Of a stretch of 64,000 bases of DNA, positions 53,587 through 64,000 are shown piece by piece. Below the pieces are notes generated by a model. It saw nothing but the letters and a program-made list of their open reading frames with translations, searched no databases and was not told the DNA's origin. Position 1 is the first letter of the stretch, and each line of letters opens with the position of its first letter. The DNA comes from Trichoplax sp. H2 (taxonomy: Eukaryota), in assembly GCA_003344405.1 (NCBI GenBank), contig NOWV01000002.1, positions 992,001 through 1,056,000 of the forward strand. The letters are read 5' to 3'. The translations under genes were made by a program, and so were the position numbers.

Positions 53587-56500
53587 ATGTTGGGCCAGTT
53601 TTCAATCAGACATAGTAAATTTCGCCACGTCTATGGCCAACCTTATAGAAGAGACTTGTGCTATGATAGTATCCATGTCGCTAAGAATGCCTTCGACTCC
53701 TCATATTGTGCGGTAAACGGTAAATTTATTGCTGTAATATTAAGTAGTGGTGGAGGAGGCTCTTTTCTCGTCCTACAAAAGGAGAAGGTATGTTTACGAA
53801 GCATGATTTACCATTTCAGAATAGGCAATAATCAACTAATTTCTCTTGACTAAAGTAGCTCATACTTAAATCCTGTACATTAGAGATTTTCACTAGCACA
53901 GAATACAGTGCACTGAAATGCAATATTAAACTAAACGCATAATGTATAGGGTGAAAATAAAACAGTATCAAAATTTCCTCAGCGTGTATACGTCCATCAA
54001 TCTATTATTGATGGACTGAATTATTGTAATATATGAAATCAAAAATCCCATTGCATTAGTGCGATATACATATATAGATCCACTAAAGAATAAAACGTAT
54101 GATAACAACATACTCTATCTTACCATGATTCCAAAATAAGTTATTTCTCCAAGGTATAGGTCACGTTATAACAGCTACTCAAGAAATGTCCATTCTAACG
54201 TACAAATACGTTCAACACTAATTTCTATTTGCACTGTTTCGATTTTTAAATGACTTAATTGATTAACTCATTACAAAGTCCATCTACTGTACTTATCTAT
54301 CATCAATCTTTTTACTTTACTGACCCTGTAAACTAAATAACTTTCCTTAATCTACCGTATTCTAATCACACCCTTATTTTAATCTTTCATATCGAAAATT
54401 TATTTATAACACAGACAGGTCGGGTGGGTATTAAATGCCCTCGAGTTGTTGGCCACAGAGGACCTGTTTTAGATATTGCATGGAATCCATTCAACGAAAA
54501 CATTATAGCATCATGTAGCGAAGATCATAGCATCAGAATATGGTTTATACCGGACGATGGCATACCATTAAAGATTAAAAAGCAGGATGATGAAGAAGAA
54601 AGAGTAGAGGAATTAGACGAGCCAGTCATAATACTAAATGGTCATTCACGCCGTGTCAACATGGTAGTCTGGCATCCAACCGCTAATAATGTACTTGCAA
54701 GTAGTAGCTATGATTTAAGCGTAGTAATTTGGAATGTTGCCCAAGGTTCTATCTTAAATCGAATCGACTGCCATAAACTACCTATTTTTTGTATTGCATT
54801 CAACAACGATGGCAGCTTGCTAGCATCCACAAGTAAGGATAAAAAACTAAGAGTGATTGATCCAAAGACATCGGAAGTTAAAAACGTGAGTTTACTGTTT
54901 ATTTTAGTGTCTTATCCAAATTTTCATTATAATTATGGAATAAGTTGTGTAGCTTGTTCAAAGCCAATTCACTGCTTATCAGAAAGTATAAAAAATTAAA
55001 TAAAACTAATGAAAAGTACCCTTACTTTCTATTTCGACAATCTTTTTTATTTCCGCTAACATTTTAAATAACTGTTATTACTTTAACCCATATTTAATCG
55101 AAAGTTGCTTGAATTCACTCTACTCTATTATTTAGATCAGATATTGACTATTTTACCTTTCTTCCTAATAAATATCTTGGCCCATCAAATAAATAGTTAC
55201 AACTGCTGCTTGATCTAATAATTCTATAGTGTTCAAAATTGTATTACTATTGATATAAATAATGCCATTATTCTGAGGATTAGCTAATTTAATTAACATC
55301 ATATTACGTTTTCACTTGTTGGTATTATATTGCTAGGAAGGCATATGTCACTTCGGTTTAAAAGGTGCTCGCGTCATCTTTGCTGGAAAATTTAATAAAA
55401 TCATAACTACTGGCTTTTCTAAACACAGTGAACGTCAATTTGCTGTCTGGGATCCGGTAATCATCAAACTTTTTTTACTTTATTTATGATAAACAAAATC
55501 GAATGCTGACCGTTTGCTCAAGGGTTGTAGCTGATCATCTTGATTTAGCTGTTTTTTCACTATGGTCTTGCATATTACTTACATGTATACGGTGCCACAT
55601 CTAATTGGATATATATATATATATTTAGTAGAAGTTTCTCGTAAATGGAATTTAGCTCCATCTGTGACGTCAAGCTGTTACATGTATTGATGTTGATTAT
55701 AATCCTAAATCATAGCACCGTTATTGAAGTAGAGAAATTTTAAAATTAATATGCACATGTACCAGTAATTACATCGCAAACAATATTTAACATAGTAATG
55801 ACAGACTCACTAATTACATATTTCTTGAAAAATTTGATTTTTAGCAGTTTCACATCAATGTTGCTACGTAAATTAGTCAATTACTGCTCTATAAAATTCC
55901 TATGTGATCACAGTCTAGAATATATTTCTTTTAAGTATTACTCCTAATCTACTCTTTCCATACATCGAAATTTTCAATACTTATAAACTTAATTTGAAAT
56001 AATTGATGTATCATATTTATCAATCTATAAAATTATCTAAATATGCCATAGGACAATCTGAAAGAGCCAATTAAATTAGAAGGCATTGATAGTGGCACCG
56101 GAATATTATTTCCATTCTATGATCAGGATAGAAATATTTTATACCTAGCTGGAAAAGTAAGTGTAATATAACTTTACTATTTCATCGAATAATACATAAT
56201 TAAATAAATATATAAGTAAAACTATTCAACTCAACATTAACAAGCAAATAGTGAAATAATTACTGTATGTGGCATCGGTATATTCTGCCTATAAAGGTTG
56301 TACTAATTAATAAAGCTAGGCTTATTATTCGTTTAGACCAACCTAAATCGTATCTAAATGTAATAGAAATCATTCCAAAATATAACAGTTATTTATCACT
56401 ATTAAGTCATAACCAAATTTTCACCAATGATTTACGCTCGGTTTAGGGTGATGGAAATATCCGCTTTTATGAACTGTTTGATCAAAAGCCATACTGCTAT

Positions 56501-57236
56501 TTCTTAAACCAATTTAAATCGCCATCGCCTCACCAGGGCTTAACTTGCTTACCAAATCGATACCTTGATGTACCCAAATGTGAAATTTTTCGATTTTATA
56601 AATTACATTCCCAAGGTTATCTCGAACCAGTGAGCATGATTGCTCCAAGAAAGGTAGCGCTTTAATATGCACTTTATCAAATCATAATATTTTAGCGTCT
56701 AAAGTATCTAAATTTAAGTTAACTTTATTTCTCCTCGGTAATATTATACTTTTCGACTCTAGTATGATAGCATCCAAACTGATCTCTATCCATTGACTAA
56801 TGCTGGTATACCATCAATGGAAGCTATGGAATGGTTCGAAGGCGCTAGTAAGCCTCCAGTGTTGAAGTCAATAACCGAAGACGCTATAGCCGAGTACCGT
56901 AGTAGAGCAAAATCAATAACTAAAATGGCGTCGGCAGTAAATAAAAATAATGCCTTACTGGAAGAAGAAGCCAAAAAACGTGGCCTTGAAAATATGACAA
57001 AAGAACAAGTTGGTTTTATATCAAATACGGCAACATTCTGTTTAAATCTGCTATATGTAATGTATGATCGTTACTAACGTAACAGTATACCCGTGTGCAC
57101 TAAAATTTTCTATATTTTATAATTTCACTTATAGCTAATCATAGCCTATAAGCTGCTGCAGCAAGAACTTGAAAATGTTAAGAAAGAATTAGCACTCAAA
57201 AATCAAGAAATTAAAAAACTAAAAGAGAAATCTTAG
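53587..57236 (+). CDS. CORO2: Coronin (type II-like WD40 actin regulator with C-terminal coiled coil)
   Basis: Exons 53587-53787 (SKFRHVYG..GGGGSFLVL), ~54415-54885 (GHRGPVLDIAWNPF..ASCSED), 55337-55456 (TTGFSKHSERQ), 56052-56156 (LFPFYD..YLAGK), 56447-56653 (GDGNIRFYE..VSMIAPRK), 56763-57009 and 57134-57236. WNPF, ASCSED and GGGSF favour type II over type I. Confidence 0.92.
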
Positions 57237-58569
57237 CGTCATCAAATTCAGGACACCTTCGATATCATATACCATCTATTAGCTACTACTGATAAGCCTA
57301 AGCTAGTTTTAACTTGTACTAGGAATATAAAGAAACATTATACGTAATTATAGAGCCAATGTAATAATCGCATTGTTACATAAAATTTAATTACTCCATT
57401 TATTAGCTAGATTATTGGCTATGCAAATTGAAAGCTTATGTACATATGATCATGTACCTTTTATCGCATCAACAGTGTTTATCATCACAATAGCTTATCA
57501 TACTCTATTGAATTAAGCCCAATTCGACAAAGTATACAACCACAATGAACCGCTTTTATTATAGCAATTTTGCTTTACGTATTTATCGATTACATAGATA
57601 GTAATGTGTTATTCTGGCATAACTATGCTAATAAAATTCTTTTTATATCTATCAAAACTGGGATATAAATCTACAATTATCAATAAAGTAACCATACCAG
57701 TAAGAAGTATATGATAAGTGCAATTTAGCTTCATTCTGATTTTGCAACTAAACCAGGAAGGATTCAATACCCTACCGTATATGCATATAATCTCATATGC
57801 AGTTCGGCACTAAAAATGTACTACATGCAATTTTAATCAACTCATATAGCCATCAGAACATCTATTGTTACATAATGCACCATTCACAAGTGCAACAAAA
57901 ATACCAATAACGATGTCACCTTTATAAAGCAAAACTATCATAAGTTTTTAAAAGCAACTAAAAATTCATGCATATATATAACACTAAATTAAAACCGTAT
58001 CAAGCTACAGTATTTTACTTAATAATTTTCATTTAACGAATCATTAACTAATCACCTTTTAGAATCCGAATAATTCTAAGTCAATCACTTGACTGTCGTC
58101 CTATAAATAACTCAGTTACCAAGATATTCTGTATGGTTCGTGCAGAATTTGGCAAGAACATGAGTCTTCAAGTTATAGTAAACTACACATTTAACAGTAC
58201 AGTTTCATACCTTAGTATCAGATACTACAATGATTTAATTAGATCTAAATCAGCATTAGACTAAATTACTCTTGTATACTGTATATAAAAATGTGTACAG
58301 TACGAAATTAATTCATTAAAAATTAAGACAAAAATAGTAGAGCAACATCTGCATATATGAAGCTAAAATACTTCAATATAAGAAATGACCTCAATAATAT
58401 ATATAATTAAAGGTTGATGTAGCTACTCTAAGCTATATAATACAATGTATCCTATTTAGAAAGACATCATCAATTATCGCAGAACAAGCGCGACAAAATA
58501 GATTCTAAAGAAACGAACTCGTACAATATTTTAATACATACAGTTGTTATTTATGACAACAATAAGAAA

Positions 58570-61500
58570 CTAATGCAGTTGCTCCGCAAGTTTAGATATT
58601 TCATAAGGTAGAAAATGTGCCATTTCACGTGATACAACCAATTCGTCCTTTCCATTGATGAAAGATAAAATAAAATGCTTAGTTTTCTATATACACTTAG
58701 ACGCTCATCTAGATTCTAGTTTTAGTATTGTACCTCGAATACTTTTGGCATATCGGAATGTGCATCAGCGTACTGAACTATATACTCCAAACACTGCAAA
58801 CTTTTTGATAAGAATTCCATCTGTGATTTTGTATCTTTAGCGATATATTTCTTCCACAGGCGAGCTAAATAGAATTTTGCTAATAAAATAGGTCTTAAAT
58901 AATCATCATGAATAGTTTCTGGTAATTTTCCTGTCCGACGATCAACGAATGAACTTTATTTTTAAATAATAGATATTAACATTTACAAATATATTTTAGG
59001 AAATTTACATTTTAATAATATATATATACATAAATATAGGAAATTATATTAGCATGGCAACTTATATCCTCACCGATAAACTTATTAAAATGTTCGACGC
59101 TATTTTGAATCCTACACGTGTGACAACATTAGTAAAATCACGAAACCAAAAATTCAAAGTATTAGAATAAGAATATTCACAAACCAATTATTATAAATAT
59201 ATATGTCTTTGAAAATGAACTTACAAGCTATTAATTTTTTTAACAGTATGAACAGATGGAACATCCTCTCTATTTCCTATAGCAATTTTTAATGTTACCA
59301 TTTCGCTAAAATATAATTTCGAAACATCAGTTAAACATAGTATTCAATAACATACATTCTGACGGAGTAGCATACCCTGATCGTAAGTAAAGCATTACAA
59401 AAATTAAAGCATTTGAGTAGACAACGAGAAATTCGTCATTAACTGCGATAACAACACTATTTTATTTTTCCAACATACTTAGTTGTTTCGCCAATTTCGA
59501 AGCATAACTGCTGGCAAACCGTTAAAAAGAACTAAACAACGAAATGTTCAAGATTAGTATACTGAACTAAATTTAAAATAAGTATGATATATCTAGCAAT
59601 CATAGTTCGATAACCTGTGGATTTAACTCTTTTTCGATTGAGGTCAGGAGGTCTACACGGCGTTTATGCATTTTACTAAAATTCAATGCAAATGTTAAAT
59701 AGATTCTAAATGTTCTGTGCGTGATGGTATTTTAACACAATATCTCTAGAACAGAAGTAGGTAGACTAGCTTTGATTGTAGATTAATTTATATACCATTG
59801 TCTTTCTAAGTCTTTTTCAAAGAAAGCCAAAATAAAGTAAAGTCTACTCTGTAGTTGTACAAGTTCAACATGATCGCTTGTATGTCCATCCAAAATAAAA
59901 AAGTCCTTAGCCTTTTCTGACCACCTTAATCCAGTCAAAAAAACCTTTCGAGCCTATTAGAAATATTATATACATTATTACCTAAAAAATTTTTTATTTA
60001 TGTAATCTTCGTATCAAATCAAGTTCAGCATGCTACAAATATAATTGCTGATTATGATTATTTATCCATTTTTGTTAGTATGGAAGTATAAAATTTACTT
60101 CGTCAAAGTCAGCAATTAAATGATCAGGAATGGATTCGTCATACGATGTTGTTTCCAAACCATCAAAATAAAGAATATTCTTTCGGTCACTGTAAATAAT
60201 CCGAATATTTCATTACATTAAGATCGAAATTAAGAAATATACTAAATTTGATTACCGCGATGCTTCAGGATTGTCTGAGATATGTAATTCACGGACACTC
60301 TCAGCACCATGATTTTCCACTGCATTTCTGGTGACGATAAAGCCGGTTATAATATTATCAAGAAAGTAACGAATTTTTAATGCAGCTATTTAGCGGTAAT
60401 TTATAACTTCTTATTGGCCATGGCTATGACTCATACTTACCGTGATTCCGTAAATAATTCTAAGGCATATTTAGCCCAAAGTCTTGCTACTTCAGCACGT
60501 TTTTTATAAACTTTTTCTCTTTCATCCAGTTCCGCTTGACTTTCCTCTCTGAGTTCCTCTTCAGTCATCCCTGAGTCAGGGACTCTACAGTCTTCACCGA
60601 TTACCGCTGAAGCACAAGCTACGATACAAGAATTGTGTATCGGTGTCTTAATGAAATATTTTGCTATATCACTGACTAAAATTTCGTAATACGTGTTTAC
60701 TACACATTAGCAATGTTAGTTTTTATGCGCTTACCTAAGCAATGTCTAGCCAAATTCCAGTTACGCTTAGAGGTATAATAGTCAGATAACGTGGCGCAAT
60801 TAATGGCCCAATCCAGAGAGTCAAAATCTTTGCTTTCGAGTTGGCGGCTCAGCGTTTTATGACAATATTCAGCTGCAAGGTTATCATTCTCTTGTTTAGT
60901 GTAAACTTGAGCCAAATAATAAAGTGCATGAGTATAACTGCTTTCAAATTTTTTGTGTCTGCTGACGTCATCAGCCCTTAATTCTGGCGGTAACAATAAA
61001 CTATAAAATACCAACGCAGAAGATTGATTGAGTAATAGTTACACTGCATTGTTATTACTTGTAGGACAAAATTTTAAGCCACTGCATGGGCAATAGAATA
61101 GAATTATATTATTTCATACTGCACATAACATATTAAGATAAAGCTCTCTTACTCTTTCTCGTCGTAGGGACTATTACCGACGTCAGCAGTATAGTCTGAG
61201 TATAATTTATCGCATTCCTAGAATTAACAACAGCAGAGATAACCTTTGTAATGTTGCTGACAAAGTAAGTATAGAAACTTTATTATAAATAATCACATTT
61301 ATCGACATAACCTTTTCTACTAGAAGCTACTTTAATTGCATTACTAATTTTTATCTTTATTACTATTGCACCAGATGTACCATAAGGATCCAAATATTGT
61401 CATAATAAAGAAATTCATGAAAATTCTTTCAATATCTTACCTCTAAGTACTGCTGAGATTTAGCAAAATCTGACCGACCACACCATAAAATACCCATCTG

Positions 61501-63456
61501 TAAGATTACAATTATAAATCTTTTGGCTAAGTACTTGCTTTATCGATTTTAAAACTTGATTGAATTGTAAACTATTACCTCAGAATTGGCTTTCATTACA
61601 ACGAGACAAAAATCTGGTTCTAATCGATATGGTCGCAATGCTTCTAAACAAGCTTTAATATGCCTCTGTCCTGTGCTTCTATCTTCAGTAATCAAGTGAA
61701 CAACTCCTATATGATAATCCAACACAGCAGCAATTTGCTTTGCATCTGTTATATCCAAAAAAATTAATTGCAAATCACTGTTAGACACTGCTATAACACT
61801 TTTAACGATAAGTCAGTCTTAGAAGTGATCATAAATTTAGATATTGGAAAATTTGCACAAAAGTTAAATTGGGTAAATAACAGTTTATCTACTGATTAAA
61901 TACCAGGATAAGCTTCTTGATTGTCATCATAAAAGTCCTCGACTTCTTTACGTAATCGATACAATAACTCTAGAGCTTCGTACTTTGATTTAAATGGCTC
62001 TTCGGGAGCATCTACCTATAAAATGCAATGGTAAATTACGCTATTAATTTAGAAATAGTGATGAAATCCATTGTGAGAGCTGAGAATGATCAATGTATCT
62101 ACTCTGAAGGTATCGTAAGATATACAGGTATAAGCGTAGCTAGTAAATTACGATTTATAGCAATTGATGTTTAGTCATTGATTGAATTTCACTATTTGTT
62201 ATCAGTCACGCAGTAAGTGCTGTACTTCATCATAATTAACGGGAACTTTTCTCGTACAAAATAATTCGACGTTATGATTGCAAATGTATTGAGTAATATA
62301 GGATTAAATCAATCCATTCAATCAATGGATTCAGTAATATAGGAAAGCATTATAAACATATTTAGAATATCTGTAATTCAGAATCAATCCTGTAATATTC
62401 AGTGGTTATGTTGCTTATATACCTACTGCTACAGTAGCATCCTGCAAATATGCAGGAGATCATACTCCAGGGTTGCACGTAAGTTTTACGTGAAGTTTAT
62501 AAATGCAGAATTCGAACTTGTCATGATGACACGTTTCATTGGAGTACTGATTGATTTTATGTACTACCATGTTTGATTTTTCACTTTTAAGTAGCTGGAC
62601 GACACACTAATGCTATATGTTTTACAACAGCAGAATTTAGAAGTTTAAATTATAGAAGAATTTCAGAGTTGTCAGTTGTCAGCACCGGTTCCATGATAAT
62701 CTAGTAATTTTGTATCTATTCTATCATGACAAATACCCAACACTCTGTTTAGGCCTTGGAGCATGCGAAACATAATTATACGTGTAGGTTTAACTTGTAC
62801 GACTTGACTACTACTAATAAGTCCAGTCAATAACTAATTTCGAAGTACCTTATAAGTAATACTGTCTACTTGACGTATAATACTTACAATATATACTGTA
62901 TTACGGCAAATGTGCGAAATAACATCAACCTTCAGAATATGTGGCGGCATGGTATATATATATATATACATGTACATACTGCAGTTATCAATGTATAGAC
63001 TTGCAACATCCTTTGCAACTTGTAACTGATCCAATATACAAATCCAAAGCTAATCTACAGTATATTGCCATACTGCATTGCCTTTGCTGATATATCAGGC
63101 TATACGAAGTATTGCCATACTGTGAAAAAACTGTATTAAATAGACATTGCGTGATTGTGCAAGTGCAGCACCGCAACGCCTACTGAACTCTTGTTCTTAG
63201 TTATACTTTTCAAGCTTTCAACCATTGATTCGAATTAATGATATCATGGAAGCTTTGCTACAAAATTATTTATTACAGTATTACTCTTACAAACCAACAA
63301 CAACGAGCATGTATACTGTACACATAGTACAGTAGGCCTAGTACATGAGCTTATTACCTTTTCATTTAGGTCTAAAATTTCTTTAAATGTTTCAAAACAT
63401 GCAAACTGCCTCCAAGACTGCAAGCTATGGTACCTACTTTCGGCCATATCCGACAT
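58570..63456 (-). CDS. KIFBP: KIF-binding protein (KBP)
   Basis: First exon 63456-63358 (..WRQFACFETFKEILDL). Then PEEPFKSKYEA (62015), YTHALYYLAQVY..YCHKTLSRQL..DWAINCATLS (~60999-60735), LDGHTSDHVEL, KMHKRRVDLL..LNPQ, KKINSL, LRPILLAKF and terminal ELVVSREMAHFLP..LH*. One junction is out of phase (see findings). Confidence 0.92.
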
Positions 63457-64000
63457 CGCTGGTGTTTTCCGGGTCCTTAAGTAATAATTGAATATATTAC
63501 GTACGAGCATTACAGTATTTGTATCGAATTTATCAGGCTCATCGTCAGACTTTATTACGGGTACCGTACCAAATCGTGTACTGCACGCATGATGTAGATG
63601 GACAGTACCGTACCGTACTGTACCTAAAATGACGGCAGTTGCGTAGAATACAGTACTGTACCGTAACGGCATCTGTATTCAGCTTTAGTCGAGTAACTTT
63701 AATCACTGTCATCCAGTGGTTAGCTAGGCTAGCTGGCTCGAACTAATTCAAATTGATCTTACTATCAAGTATTCAGATCGAATTGGACTTGGATTCCACT
63801 GTAGTAAGTAGAAGGAGTTGTCCAATCAACAGTAAACTAAACTACAATCGTCTTACAGGATGTACAGTAAGTGAGAGTTTTATGAAGCATTTATCAACGT
63901 TTTTGCCGGTTCGAAATTGGACTGTATTCCGTTAGCGTGATACCACCCGTCTGTCCGTCACCAACTAAAGTACAGTACAATAGCACAGTATGTAGTACTG

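Noticed and set aside
63457..63672. 5' part of the 142-aa minus-strand ORF
   Set aside because: Only 63456-63358 resembles the KBP N-terminus and ends at a donor. The upstream part translates the GTAC-rich island.
1..64000. tRNA, rRNA or autonomous transposons
   Set aside because: None recognised by eye. tRNAscan-SE, Infernal and RepeatModeler would be needed to exclude them.

Overview
AT-rich, intron-rich eukaryotic (metazoan) genomic DNA with GT-AG introns. The gene set and the short introns are consistent with a compact early-branching animal genome such as a placozoan (inference, not confirmed). Left to right: (1) a 5'-incomplete SH2 + tyrosine-kinase-fold gene whose catalytic motifs and SH2 arginine are all substituted (pseudokinase); (2) a probable decayed PKD1-like (REJ/GAIN/GPS) remnant on the minus strand; (3) three co-oriented paralogous SEL1-like-repeat (SLR) genes, each with the whole repeat solenoid in one large exon and small 3' exons, one carrying an extra unannotated domain and one an N-myristoylation motif; (4) a NACHT-NTPase pseudogene between SLR2 and SLR3; (5) a PRUNE DHH phosphoesterase that can be spliced in frame to a long acidic linker and a BNIP2-type BCH domain (PRUNE2/BMCC1 architecture); (6) a type-II-like coronin; (7) KIF-binding protein. 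Non-coding DNA from 10 to 40 kb carries many diverged 160-410 bp local tandem duplications. A near-perfect 166 bp palindrome-rich duplication lies between the divergent PRUNE2-like and coronin genes. All gene models and alignments were made by eye.
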